A DNA stretch of 64,000 nt, taken from assembly GCA_010093815.1 (NCBI GenBank), contig ML996565.1; one strand, 5' to 3'. This document shows, piece by piece, positions 50,773 to 64,000 of the stretch (the first letter of the stretch is position 1; each line of letters opens with the position of its first letter). The translations under genes were made by a program, and so were the position numbers. The notes under the pieces were generated by a model. The model saw nothing but the letters and a program-made list of their open reading frames with translations, was not told the origin of the DNA and did no database searches. This DNA is from Pseudovirgaria hyperparasitica. Its lineage: Eukaryota.

Positions 50773-51689
50773 GGTCTTGAGAGCGGCGTAATTATTCGTG
50801 GATAGTCGCGGTTGGGCAACGAGCGTAAGTGTTGGGTACGGGATATGACGAGACTTGTGAGCCTGCCTAATTATTCCTTGGTTGTAGCAGAGCCCATCAA
50901 TTACTTAAACAGTATAGAAAAGAAATACATGGCGTGTGATCTGATGTTTTTTTCTCGTTTCATGCATGCCAGGAACGTACGTCTGGGAGAACGCAACCAG
51001 GGCTGCTGTAAATCAAAGCAGCAGAAGAATTATACAGTAGATCCGACGAGGAGCGACCGTGATCTTTTCGATTGAAGCTTTTTCATCTAAGGCTCAAGGG
51101 ACAGGGCTGTATGGTTGCACGTAACTATTGGTAGATCGAGCTGTTCAGCGGAGCCGAAGCTCGGCAATTGCCTCGCAAGGCTCGCCGTACGACATGGTCA
51201 CCATATAGTGAATATGTAGTGAGAAAAATCTGCGTATATAGAACTTGTTGCGTGTCCTCTATATCATTCTTAGTTTGGGGCTCGGGCCGCGAAGCGAGCA
51301 TAGCTGACAAGTCATCCTAGATGGAATCCACTTGTAATGACATTCGCAGACGAGGTTTTTTTTATGCACAGAGGTCGAGCTAGGATACGTATGTATCAAA
51401 GTAAAGAGACTAGGTATCAAACAGCCGTTTTAGGCAAGAGGACTAGCTATTATTAGCCCGCTAGTCTTTCTATCACATGCTAGACTCGTGGTATTTTTAG
51501 ATATAACATTTGGACTAATTAGTATAGAAAGCGGTTCGCGGTATATTGTTTGTATAGATTTTCGTAATGGTCATTTCTCCGTCAAAAATCTTGTCTAATT
51601 GACACAAAGCTTGGATTGTCGAGCGCACCCTCCCTTCGGCTCCTTTGCAGATGCTCGCGGCAGTGACCGACAGGCATGTCGTTCCGCAT

Positions 51690-53775
51690 TCAAAGTTTTG
51701 ATTTCCTGCCCTGGCCCTTCTCGTAACGGTCACGCATCTCTCTTCTCAACATCTTCCCAGACTCAGTGCGCGGAATCTGCAGGATGCAATCAGTTAGACT
51801 CGCAAACGCCAACTGTAGAGCACTACACTTACGGACTCAACCTGCTCGATGCCGCCGTCCAGCCACTTGTACCGGCTCAGCCTTTCCTGCACCCACTTCG
51901 TCAACGTCTCAAAAACCTCATCCGCAGTCCTGCCGCGCGCCTTGGCTCCAAGAACGACCCAAGCTCGGGGCAACACCGTGATCCCATCCTCTCCAATCAC
52001 GCCGACAACACAAGCATCTCGGACCAAACCATCGGGATGATCGAGCAAACAATCCTCAACCTCACTCGGCGCGACCTGGAACCCCTTCACCTTGATCAAC
52101 TCCTTGAACCGATCCACATACGTGATCTGATCGGCCTCGTCGCGACTACACAGATCACCCGTCCGCAGCCATCCCGGCTCGGCGAAGAGTTCTGCCGTCG
52201 CCTGCGCGTCGTGGAAGTATCCAGGCGTCACATTCTCGCCCCGCACCCACATCTCGCCCGGCGTGTTCCTCGTCGGGACGTCTTTCATCGTCGTCGGATC
52301 CACGATTCGTCCCGACATGCCCGGCAGCAGGTAGCCGACCGTGTTCAACTTGTCTGCCGAGCTCGGCAGGCCGAAGATGCCACATGTGACTGGTCGTGAG
52401 ATGGATGCGGCTTCGGACATGCCATAGCCGGAGCCGACGGGTTGTTTCTGCGGAAGCTTGTCGCCGAGTGCTTTGGCGACGTCTGGGGGTAGATACGCTG
52501 CGCCGCTGCCGACGGCAATGACGGAGGAGAGGTCGTGTTTGTGCAGGTCTGGGTACTGGGCGAGTTGACGGACGACCTGGGGGACCATGGGTAGAGAAGT
52601 GATGCGATATCTTTCAATGGTCTCCAGGGCGTGCTTTGTGTTCCAGCGGGGCAAGAGCATGACATTGGCGTAGCGGAACAGGTTGATCCGGGCGATGTAG
52701 ACAATTGCGCCGTAGGAGTGGTAGCACGGAACGATGCCTATACAAACAACATCAGTCCTGGACCTCGCCGAACGGAGTCGCCAAACGGTGCTGACGACGG
52801 CTTACCTAGAATCTTATGGTGTATAGGATCGCCCCCTATCTTGAAGAATCGTCAGCAACCGCCTTCTACCAACAGATCAGACCAAGCACTCACAAACTCC
52901 CCAATAGCCCGACCATCTATAATCGACTGCTGCGCAATCGCAATCGCATTCCGATGCGTAATCATCATCGCCTTGGGCAATCCACTCGTCCCACTACTCT
53001 GAAACAAAAACGCCAGTCTCTCCCCACCCACCACCCTCCGCCCCTCAAACCCCCTCGCAACACCCTCATCCACCCCCAAGCCAACCCTCACCAACGCCTC
53101 CACCGTCGGCCACCCACCCACCTCCATCCGCCCCCGATCCTCACTCAACACCACAATCTTCCCCTCATCAAGCCAAAACCCCCCTGCCTCCCGCCTCGCC
53201 AGCTCCACCGCCCGCCTCACCTTCCCCAGCAACTCCTCATGCACAATCAGGCCCGTACACCGCATCCGGCCCAGCACATGCCGCATCTCCGCCACCGTAC
53301 TCGCCGGACTCACCCCCCCAAACGGCACTCCCGCCCGGAAACACGCATGCGCCAGCATCGGCCAATCAAGGTGATTCCGGCTGCATATGCCGAGAATCTC
53401 GCCGTCCTGGCCCGGACCGTCGCCTGTCGCGGGCGCGCCGAGATGAAGGGGATTCGGCCCGTCCGGGGCGATGGCACGTGCAAAGGCCTTGATGCGTCCG
53501 TAGAGCTGGAACAGCGAGACACGCTCATCCGTCGCCGAGGAGATGAGGGCGTCGTAGTCGTGCGGTGGGAGCGGGTTGTCGCGCGGGAAGCAGAAGTCGT
53601 GGATGCTGAGGTCTGCCGGGATGGGCTCTGGGAAGGGGCCGTACGGCGAGGAGAAGATTGGGCCTGTTGACGGTTTGTATATCGAGTGCACGTCTGGGGT
53701 TTTGGGAGAGACGAAGCGGGTTTGACCGAGCTTTTCGTAGTATTCCAGCGTCGGATCGTGGTGTGAGGACGTCAT
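51690..53775 (-). CDS. 4-coumarate-CoA-ligase-like acyl-CoA synthetase with PTS1 (-SKL)
   Basis: QSSGTSGLPKA, GYGMSE, GWLRTGD, DRFKELIKVKGFQVAPSE, final exon IPRTESGKMLRR...RKSKL*. Introns 52840-52893, 52738-52805 and 51777-51832. Confidence 0.9.
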
Positions 53776-54539
53776 GATGTTGTGAGGATACTGGATAATT
53801 GGTGGTGAGACCGTGGTTGGCGGGATTTTTTTTTTTTTGAAAGCAACTTCTCGCCCTGCCTGGTATTTAATGTGATTCGGGGAAATTAGAAAGTCGGCTT
53901 TGATGATAGCATGATAGCTTGACAGCGTTAAGCTAATAAAAGTAATTTCATATATATAAACAAGTAGCATGATATGATCGCGCGGGGCCCCCACCCCTCG
54001 ATCCATCCGAGGTAGTAGATTTAGGCTCTCAGGCTGACAATTACCATGGATGTCCAACGTGCGCAGGAACAAGGGTATATAGCATAGTCCTGTTCATATT
54101 ACGACCAGAGGATCTGAAGCGAACGGCTATCCATCGGCAGAAGGTACCCAAACACTTCGATCTGCCGAGATCATCACTCTCCCTAGCTCTTTGTCACCAA
54201 TCTATATAATACCACCAACAATCATATTCATGTATCGTCTATTCCTGTTTGCCACACTGCATCTATATGTCTACAACAACTTTCACAAACGTACGCCAGA
54301 GAGCGGAGAAAGATTGCGTGGCGGCCATATCTGAGTCCTGTATCGTCCAAACGCTCGGTATGCTGCAAATGCGAAATATGTACAAGAATTACAGGCGTCA
54401 AGTGACGGGCCTCATGGCATGGTCAGGAGACTAACAAGGCGGCGCAATACATGCAAGAGCTTTGGATGCCCACAGGGTGATGCGTTTGACTGCAACAACA
54501 CAGCCTGAACATCGGGGCCAGGGGTTCGTGGATGGACAC

Positions 54540-57500
54540 CTAGTCATCGTCATCTGAGTCCTCATCATCGTCTCTCGTCCCCCGCTTAGCGCTCCTACTG
54601 CCCCTCTTCCCAGCACCCGCGAGTTCTTTCTTCCACAGTTGACCGACAGCGGAGGAGTCGACATCCGGGAAAACAACTTCAAATACCTCATCGTACCAGC
54701 TGACGGGTTTGCCTTCGATACCATCTCTGATATTCTGTAAAATGTGTTAGCGACTGCTCGTTGTTGGTGTAGACGTACGACTTACCTCAGGCAACTCGAG
54801 CCAGTCGCTCAAGTTATCTTGCGGGAAAATAACAGTGTCACAGCCGGCTCGTCTGGCAGCTACAGTCTTCTCTCGGAGTCCACCGATTCGTAGAACTTTT
54901 CCAGTAACTGTCAATTCACCAGTCATGGCAATTGTAGGCTTGAGTGGTTTGTTTAGTGCCAAGCTCAGTAGTGAGGTGGCCATGGTGATGCCAGCGCTCG
55001 GTCCATCCTTGGGCACTGCGCCTTCCGGGCAGTGGAGGTGGATTTGAGCGTGCTGGAGGAACTTGTTGTCCGAGAATCTCCGCGCCATCACAGACTTGGC
55101 GAATGAGTATGCAATCGAGGTAGACTCCTTCATGACAGGCTTCAAGTTTCCGGTGCGTTCGAGGGATGCTCTGGAGTCTTTGGATAAAGGAGCCTCCAGA
55201 ATTGATTCAATGTACAGTGCAGCGCCGCCCATCTGTGTCCAAGCAAGACCCATGGCGACTCCGGCGGGCGTGACATCGTACAGACGATCTGCCGTGTATA
55301 CTGGTGGGCCAACATAGTCGGAAAGGTTGTCCTTCGTGATCGACACGTTGACGGTATCCGGCACTTGCAACGCTTTCCGGGGTTTCTCCGTAGTCTCATT
55401 CTCGATATTCTCCGAAGTTACAGTGGTATCGGTTTGGTCTTTGTCAGATTGCTCTTGGGCGGCCTTGCCTTCGTCGGTAAGGGCCTTCTCTTCTGCCAGG
55501 GCTTCATGTTCGTCACCAAAGTCTTCAATGATTTTCAGCGCAGACTTTCGGTAGACTTTTTCTATCTGTTTCTTCAAGTTTCGCACACCGGATTCGCGGC
55601 AGTATTTGTTGATAAGTTCGACGATGGCGTCTGGCTCCAGATTCACATTCACATCTTTCAGGCCGCTCATCTCCTTCGCCTGTGGCGCCAAGTATCGTTC
55701 TGCAATCGCGATCTTCTCGTCGGCAACATAGCCAGATAGTTCAATCATTTCCATGCGATCGAGAAGGGGCCGGGGAATCGTGTCAGTCATGTTAGCTGTG
55801 CAGACAAACAAAACTTTCGACAAATCTATGGGCACGTCCATGTAGTGGTCTAAGAACGAACTGTTCTGCTCGGGGTCAAGTAGTTCCAGAAGCGCGGATG
55901 CAGGGTCACCCTGATGGCCGCGGCCAATCTTGTCAACTTCATCGATGAGTACGAGCGGGTTCTCGGTTTGACACTTCTTCAGAGCCTGGATCATTCGTCC
56001 AGGAAGGGCTCCGACATAAGTACGACGGTGCCCTTTGATTTCGGCAACATCCGTCAAGCCACCCACACTGAATCTGTAATACTGTCGGTTGAGAGCACGA
56101 GCGATTGATTTGCCTAGCCGGGTTAGCAGGAGTCCAGAAGACGGGGTACTGACACATACCTATACTCGTTTTGCCCACACCAGGTGGTCCAACCATACAC
56201 AGAATCTTTCCTTCGACTGTGCCTCTCAGTTTACCAACAGCGATAAACTCTAGGATCCGATCTTTGACGTCTTTCAGTCCATGGTGATCCTCGTCGAGCA
56301 CAGCCCTAGCATGTTTGATACCAAACTTCTCAGCGCTTCTTTGACCCCAAGGTATTTGTGTCAGCCAGTCGAGGTAGTTTCGTGTTACGTTGAACTCGGA
56401 TGCAGCAGGCTCGAGGTGTGCTAGCTTGTTGATCTCTTCATCAAACACCTTCTTGACAGCCTCGGGCATAGCCAACTTCTCTGCCTTCGTCTTGAATTTC
56501 TCAACGATCTTGTCCTTCCCGTCGGCCTCTAGTCCGAGCTCTCGCCGTATGGCCTTATATTGCTGCATCAGGTAATATTCTCGCTGGTTCTTTGCAATCT
56601 TCTCCTCGACCTCCTTGTGAATCTCGCGCTGAAGCCGGTTGTTGAGCAATTCCTTCTTCAACACAACTAGTGCTTTGTGAAGACGATCCTCGATATCAGT
56701 CGATGCCAGTACATCTTGAAGCTCTTTTGTCTCGTCAGATCGGGCAACTGCTGCAGCGAAGTCTGCCATCCGCGCCGCATCTTCGCCAAAGTTCCCCGGT
56801 GATCCTGAGCTGTGGCTTAATGCCAATGTTGAGATATGATCGCGAAATAGCGCATTGTTCTGAGCCATGTCCTTGCAGGTATCCATGATCTCAGTCACCA
56901 GAGCTCGAACTGTTGGGTTTTTGGAATCATATGGTTCGTCGACAAGGTTCTCCACACCGACAATGCTGACAGGGCGCTCTTGTAAGAATGATGTTGGATC
57001 ATACTGTGGGCCTTGCTTCGACTTTTCTGGCATGCTTTCTTCGAAGCTTGCCACAACATCTCCTTTCTTGGATTGACCGTCCTTGCTATCTTTGCTTTCC
57101 TTGGGCTCGTTGGTTTCTGCGGTCTCCTTGGCTTCCGTGCTCTCGGCTGGTATTTCTTCTACGACCGCCTCAGCCAAGGGGCTGCCCTCTTTGCCAGAGC
57201 CAGGCCCAGGCTGAACCATAGACGTCATCTTTATTCTCCTATGCGGGTACAACACACAGGTCATACTCGGTACATCACCTTGCACGGGGAATGCGCTGGT
57301 GATTTGGCAGAAAGTTCCGACATCGTAGACCTCATCCATACTCTTGATCGTGTCTGTATCCGCCTTGTCATCTTTGAGTAAGAACGCGCCGATATACTGC
57401 TGGCCACGGTTTACCATTTCGGTTATGGCTGCTGCAACCTCCTTGTCCTTGATTGTTATCGCCTTGTAGAACCCCGGGAAGAGTGGCCGTTGGTTGATTG

Positions 57501-57999
57501 GGACACACATGACGCGGGGGTAGACTTCCGGTATCGTGGGTTTCGTAAGATTGCGTTCTCCTTGACCTTTCCGTCGCTTTCCACCACCACCGCCATCACC
57601 ACCACTGGTAGACCCAGAGTCACCACTACTTCCGGAAGCGGCGCCGCGGCCATCGGATGATTTGTTCGAGGGTAAGGGATCAGGAGTTTTGCTCTTTGCT
57701 TCGGCAGCCTCTGGTGATCCTGCCAGTTTATTGTCTTCCTGGGATTCCAACTCTTTGTCCTTTGCTGCATCTTGATCGAGAGACGGCTTCGAAGGCTGCT
57801 CTTTCGGCCTGAAGGGCGAAGAAGAGAAGGGGCGAGGTAGCGGGTATGATGGATGCGATGGCTCAGGCCTTCTCGTAAATGGCGAACGGTTATAGGCGCA
57901 GACTGACTGCGCAGTTATATGGCGTCGTGTTACAGATAACCTTTGCCGTGAACTGTGCTGTAGTGCTAACCGCCACGGCAGATTCTGCCCGTATAGCAT
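54540..57999 (-). CDS. PIM1: Mitochondrial Lon protease
   Basis: Presequence, [33 protein letters not shown]. Introns 56114-56159 and 54735-54785. Confidence 0.96.
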
Positions 58000-58552
58000 G
58001 CTGAGAAATCAACAGCGATGTAGAGGAGTAGAGGACACAGCTATGAGACAGGTAGAGGTCGTAGATCAGAAGGGAGAAAACAGTATGGCGGTACTTAAAT
58101 GATGAGAGAAAGTTCTATATTAGAGATCTGCTGTGTGCCCAATTGCACGCTCTTTCGCGTGAGACGATGGAGTGCATATGCATTAGCAGCTCTATGACAT
58201 CTCGAAGTGGTCGGACGCGATTTAAGACCCGGAGTATTCCCGGGTCGGGTCCTCATAGCCGACCTCGGCTGGCCTTTTCCACCTCTGATAAGATGCTCGT
58301 TCAACAGGGGCACTCATCAACACAGAAATCTTGACAACTTCGGTATGCCTCGTTTCATTGGGACAGTGTAGACTATAACGCTGATCCTGGCATGCCCCCC
58401 GCCCTTGAAACAATTTTCAGCCTATGAACACCGTCTTCACGAACCGCATGTACATTTCATCATGAAACTCCATGCCCGTAGGACCTTTTCGCCGCACAAT
58501 ACAGACAGTGACACACGTCAGTGTCTATGAAGAAAAAACAACAACGCCTTCT

Positions 58553-61500
58553 TTATCCCGTAACACTGCCCTTGACACTCTGCCATCTGCTGGATACCCA
58601 GCTTCCACTAGAGCTCATCCAGCTGAAGCTCGGGGTCCAACTTCTCTTGCTTCCTTTCCAGGTCTTCTTCGTCACGCTGCTCCCACCTGCTGAGCTACTG
58701 TCGTCTCCACGCCACTTTAGCTTACTCTCGGCGATGGTGTGTATGACGTCGATGATGAGGAAAGTGGTGCTGCCCAAGGCACGGAAGAATGCAACCACGG
58801 CAACTGTCCACAAGATGAACTTCAAGTAGAAGTTTTCCCCGACCTCATCTAGTCCATAGGCCTCCGAGATTGCCATAGCGAGCGTGGCGTTGCATACGAG
58901 CCAGATGGCCACCATGTAAGTACGCACAGCTCTGTAGTAATCCTCTTGCGCCTGCGCCTCGCTAGTCCCTGGCTTTGCAACCTCGAGTCTGTCACGGAGA
59001 TTGCGGAGCGCAGCATCGTAGCCGGAGTCAATATCAAGTTGCTCGGATGGCATTTCGAGCTCAACGACATTGCCGGATTTCCCCTTGGCTGCGCCTAGGT
59101 CGGTGTGAATAACGTTATCGCCCTTGGTACCCCAGGTGACGTCGTGAGTGTTACAAAATGCGTAGACTTGTAACGTGCAGATGTAAGATGGGAGAAGCGC
59201 AAAGTATTGTGCTGCCGAAGTGAACATGTGCCACGGGTCAAGATAGAGAAAGGACATCAAGAAGTAGATGCCGACAGTTGACGCGGTGGAGATGATCAGG
59301 TTCGTAAACATGTTGTTTCCAAGCTTCAGCTCCGAGGCCGGATCTCGTAGTTGGCGCACGACGATCCAGAGAGTGGCAAAAGTCGTGTAGATCATGATGA
59401 TGGAGTAGACAATCATACTGCTCATAAACATCTTCTTGGCACCCTGTGGACGATTTCCCATTGAGAGAATAAACTGAAGACAGATGAGAAGCACACAGGC
59501 GTAGCGGAGAATGATGAAGATGATCTTCCCGATGCCATGCCCGAAAGGATCTATCTTTGGATCGGAGAGAGAGCCAGCGATGAAGTAGAAGGTGAGGTAG
59601 AAATTGGCGAGGGAGAAGTAGGTAAAGAAGAGGGAGATGAACTGGTAGAGAAATTCGACGTGTAGCAGGATCTTGCGGAAGATGGTATGGTCGGTCGCCC
59701 AGATCTGTCGGAAGTGGAGTAGGGAGTACACGGCAGCGAAGAAAGCACCGTTGAGCCAACGACGCCGCTGTGAAATGAATTCAGGTACGGCATCTAACAC
59801 ATATTAGTCTAGAACACTCTCGATGGCAATCACATGGACTTACCCGGCACATCAGTCTCTCCAGTAGCACTCTTGACGTACTTGAGGACCCACCGCTCAT
59901 CGCGTTTGGCGACAAGTTCCCAGCAGAGAATACGATCTTCTGCAAGGTACATGTTCGCAGTGAAGACGTCTGCATCTTGACCGTGGAGGGTCTCGCCCTT
60001 GAAGTATTGGCTCAAAGGGCCATGTCCTGTCGAGTCATTCTGCAATGCGTGATATCGGTAGGCGCTCAGAGCACCTGGGAGCACGGTGATGTAGCCAAAA
60101 ACAGACTCCAGAGGCTTGTCGAGAATGTTTGACATCTTGTATTCAAAGTTTTGGGACGCCACAAGCGGGTTCAGAAGGCCTAGCCAGCCCTTGCCCTTAC
60201 CTGCTTTGATTTCTCCAGCAGCGCCTGCAACACTTGAATCCATGTCGAAGGCTTTCCAGAGATGGTACAACGCCTTCGGACCAGGTTTCGTTCCCACATC
60301 AAGAAGAATGCAAACATTTGGGTTGAGCGCTCGGCCAATGGCGTTGAAAAACCATCGATGCGAGTTTAGCTTCTTTTGATTCTTTTCCTTGAGGCAGAAG
60401 ATCAACTGGCAAGGGACGATCCCTTTCTCAGCCCCTTTGAACTTGAGGTCTGAGTCGAGCGAGACTTGGGTGGTATATTCGTACACGTGTGCCTTTACTT
60501 CTCGCTGGTTGACCAGATTCTTTGCAATACCGTCCTGGTAACATCCAAGCGCTGCAAGGGCATCTAGGGTTCTGGGATGGACTTTTTGTCGACCATCAGA
60601 AATGATGCATACGACAATCTTCTGCCATCCATCCTTTCCCCACGTCCTTGACTTTGTTCTGGAGCAGAAATGGCTAATGTTGCGCATGACACCGTGCATG
60701 GTGCGCGTAAAGTCGATCTCGTTTTCGTTGTACATGGTAATACAAATCAGCAACTCGGTTTCTCGCTCGGTGCGACCAATATTCTGCCTCAGCTTGTATC
60801 CGTGGTCGACAAAGTCGTCCGGGTCGCAAGTCACAGCTGTATATCGCATGTGGGTGAACTCTATATCGTCTCGTCTCGGAAGGAAGCTGTACAATATGGT
60901 GGGGATTTTGCACTCCAGAATGAGCTCTCCGTTGATCAGACGGACTTCCTTTCTCGTCATCTGGGCCTGTCTTGCGCCTCTTCGCTCTTGCGCGCCATCT
61001 GGAAGTTGATCGTATTCTCCATCTTTCTCATCCCCTAGATACTCGTCTGTGTACGTGTCGTCGGAGGTGTATGAATCGCGCGGTCGCAGGTCTGGTCGAT
61101 TAACTTCTGGGTTGGGGGCAAAGACGTCATCAGTGTCTATGGGTATGGAAGTCTCCTCGGTGTGTGTTGTTTCCGAGTCGCGCGATACTGGTCTGCCACC
61201 CGCAAACAGCGGAGCCGGCGGCAACGGTCGCTTCGGACTTCCGCCGTATCTTGACGAAGGCGTACCAGGTCTTGGACTCCCATCGAGATCAACGGGCTCG
61301 TATTGTACGGTAGAAGCAGGAGGTCTGCGCCACTCGGATCTCGTAGAGGGTGTCCAAGGACGTGTTGGGGATGCGCGACCAGATGATCGCACGGGGGAGA
61401 CGGGTCGGAACGGTTCGTAGGCAGGGACGTCCTCGTCTGGAGGTCGCATATCTGGAGCGTCCCCAATTATTGACTGGGCGCGAGAATGAATTGAGGAGAC

Positions 61501-61980
61501 TGATGGTTGGTAGGAGCGGGACGGGGATTGTCTGTTATGAGTATGAATATTACTACGGGAACTTTGTTGATCAAATGTCTTTCGAAACAAATGTTCTTTC
61601 AGATTTCTATGCTTCTTAGTAGGAGACTTGGAAAGAGATGGTTGAGGTCGGGCAAGATTGACGTCTGGTGGATGAAGAATATCCAAGATTTCCTCTTCGA
61701 GATGAGCTTGATGCTTCTTATTACCTTGCTTGCCTCCGCCTTCACATGGAATTGAAACTGGCGACTCTGACATAGGAGAAGGATCGAAGCGATCGTCGGA
61801 AATGTTGACGAGCATAGAATCGGTCGGTGGTACTAACGGTCTGTATCCGTTTTCCTCCACGGAGGTCAGCAGACGCATCGACGCGCCTCTGCCACCCAAG
61901 TCGCCAGAGTCATCTTCGTCTGCGCCATATGATGGTGGAGGACCTGAATAGTCGCGACCAGGCGACCCTGGACGGTCCAT
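58553..61980 (-). CDS. Chitin synthase, division 1 (probably class II)
   Basis: [47 protein letters not shown]. Intron 59794-59843. The class is inferred from the N-terminal [18 protein letters not shown]. Confidence 0.95.
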
Positions 61981-62336
61981 GGCGATTGTCGCCGACTGAA
62001 CGGAGCTGTAAACACGGCAATCTGGATAGCGATGCGACTAGATGCGATGATTCGTGCGGCGCAGTGGAATGGGAGTCAGCAATGAGAAGAAGATTATGTA
62101 TCAATTGAAGAAGAAGATGGTGCGACAGTAGATTGAGCAGAGATGGTTTGTGGCAGTGGAAGGTCGTGCATAATACTATGTACATACGTAGTCCACTGCT
62201 CGATCCATGGTAACGGCTTAGGCCCGGGATGTTTTCTGGTTGCGTCTATCCCGTTTCCAGGGCAACCAGCAAGCTACAACACCCGCCCTTGCCCCTGCCT
62301 GACTAGGTGCGTGCTGATTACTAAGTGAACTCAGGC

Positions 62337-62391
62337 TTGTTGCCTTGAAGCTGTCTCACTGCTGCCTCATTGCTGCCTTACTGCTGCCTCA
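62337..62391. repeat. ~11-bp period repeat YTGCTGCCTYA upstream of chitin synthase
   Basis: Units at 62359, 62370 and 62381, plus degenerate copies at 62337 and 62348. Confidence 0.7.
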
Positions 62392-62800
62392 TAAACCAGG
62401 CCTGCACGTTCGGACATTTTCAACAACGCTCTGCATGTATAGCGCCTAATGCAATGCGATGCATGTAGGGAGTCAGGGAGGACCTTGGGAGGATAGCGAT
62501 GGCGTCTCTTTGCATGCGGCACAATTCTCAAATCACTCGTTGATCCCGGTAGTAGATACCCTCTCTCTCTTTCTCGTCATTCAAGCCATTATTAAATAAT
62601 TATGACTACTGGCAGCATACCGAACTCTCTATTAACAGACGGCGCGGCCAACGGTCGATAATTAGTGGATACGTGCACGCGGAGAACGGGACACGCGACG
62701 ACACGTGCAGGGTTCAACCTTGCAAACCTCAGGCATCAACATCTATTCTGAGCAGACAATGTGGAGACTCCCCTGGTGCAAACAGTGCCACGACTCCTTG

Positions 62801-62856
62801 CATCGTCATTCTCATTCTCACCACCACCACCATCACCATCATCGTTGTTATCATTG
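62801..62856. repeat. Degenerate (CAC/CAT)n microsatellite
   Basis: cat cgt cat tct cat tct cac cac cac cac cat cac cat cat. Confidence 0.6.
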
Positions 62857-63236
62857 TTTGCTTCTCATCGTCGCCTTGTTTTCTGTGCCCCTTCTTTGCC
62901 TTTTCGTCCTGAGCGAGTGATATGATGGCCCGCTTCCTTTTCCAACCGCTCCCTCCAGCCTCCCCCCTACCCAAACGCCTCTGATTGGCATCCGCTCGGC
63001 TAATCCGCTAGAACATGGCCTTCTAGCCCTGCCTAGACAAGTGCAGCTCAAGTCTTTAATTGCAGAGATGCCACCTTGATCGACAGCACCACGGCACTCC
63101 GTCAGCCTCCTCTCCCTCTCTCCGCTGTGCTTTTTCAATCCTTCAAGAGGGCGGGTCGGGGCGACTCTTCTAACATGACTGTCCGCGAAACACCTCCCCT
63201 TCTTCCTCTTCCTCTCCTTCCTCTGGACGCTTCAAA

Positions 63237-64000
63237 ATGCATTCAAAGGCGAGGTACAGCATAGAGAAGGGCAAGTCCGGGGTTGCTGCCGCCCACTCGT
63301 GCTCGATATGTGCCATGTTCGACCTGGACTTTGGCCATGACTACGAGTCGGCCACGAGGAAGACGACGTTGGAGTTAGGAAAGGCCTTGCTGCAGAACGT
63401 TCCAGAGAACGAGCTGAGGAAACTGTTACGGAACTTTGTCATATTCCCACTGAGGGTTACAGACCTCACTGGCTGGGCCATGTCAGGCTGCTACCTCTGC
63501 GAGTTCTTGCACGAGAAGATAGGCCATCCGACCTTGCTGTCCAAGAAGGACGAGACGAAATACATTGCCGCCCAATGGGAAGCTCCAGACCAGCCTATTT
63601 ACTTTGGTCCATTTGAAAGTCAGACGCTACCCGAGAATGGCAAGCAACGACCGGGTCTAATGGACCAACAGACGTACGTCTTCCAGCCGGTTGTGTCTTC
63701 CAGTAAGTCACGTGACTCTATATATGTATCATATATCTTACCTCTGCATGCTAATTGTCTCTATATCATGTATTTATGTATTGATTTGTCGCTAATGCTT
63801 GCGTAGAAAGTCGATTGGCGCCTACCATCAACCGTCGACCCATCAATGCCGACCCAGGCCACCCGGTGGCTCTTCAGATGGCGAGGAAATGGTTGTTGAA
63901 CTGTGCAAGAAAACATGATTGTCGCCCTTCTCCACGCGCCTCATTCATGCCGACACGTCTGCTTAGACTATCTATGAATGGAGATGATGTCGAGGTCAAG
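63237..64000 (+). CDS. Probable HET-domain (heterokaryon incompatibility-type) protein, 5' part
   Basis: CSIC and GCYLC, intron 63703-63806, then ARKWLLNCARKHDC...FMPTRLLRL, the motif that usually precedes fungal HET domains. The HET core would lie beyond the window. Confidence 0.78.

Noticed and set aside
52816..54072. 284-aa plus-strand Pro/His-rich ORF and a 5' extension of the ligase ORF to 54072
   Set aside because: The first is antisense to G-rich ligase codons. The extension crosses TATA-like and poly-A promoter sequence, so ATG 53775 is preferred.
62705..62920. Poly-His ORF
   Set aside because: Product of a CAC/CAT microsatellite in intergenic DNA.
1..64000. CRISPR arrays, tRNA/rRNA genes, intact transposons
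   Set aside because: None seen by eye. The tandem repeats lack unique spacers and the long ones are coding. tRNAscan-SE and RepeatMasker were not run.

Overview
Eukaryotic DNA from a filamentous ascomycete (Pezizomycotina-like), with short ~45-60 nt spliceosomal introns, CTRAY branch points and RIP-like TpA-rich patches. Splicing by hand gives about 20 recognisable genes: the 3' end of a GH2 exo-beta-glucosaminidase, a PAN/apple-mucin secreted protein, a Bys1-like protein, histidinol phosphatase, a six-exon FKBP12-type PPIase (largely missed by the ORF track), an SDR, fungalysin M36, an M28 leucine aminopeptidase, two tandem BTB proteins plus an F-box-like protein, a CDF transporter, a GH43 arabinofuranosidase, mitochondrial bS21, Snu71/RBM25, an MFS transporter, a secreted PLA2, a peroxisomal 4CL-like ligase, Lon/PIM1, a chitin synthase and the 5' part of a HET-type gene. 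The 1-9 kb part is an accessory, decaying region with a FunK1 kinase pseudogene, RIP-hit ORFs and an assembly gap inside a 69-bp coding repeat. I see no clearly new multi-gene system. The best leads are a candidate intronic H/ACA-like RNA in the FKBP gene, frameshifts that cryptic introns could rescue (BTB1 and the PAN gene), a 306-nt in-frame exitron-like segment in chitin synthase, and several non-canonical splice sites. All family calls come from motif recognition, not database searches.
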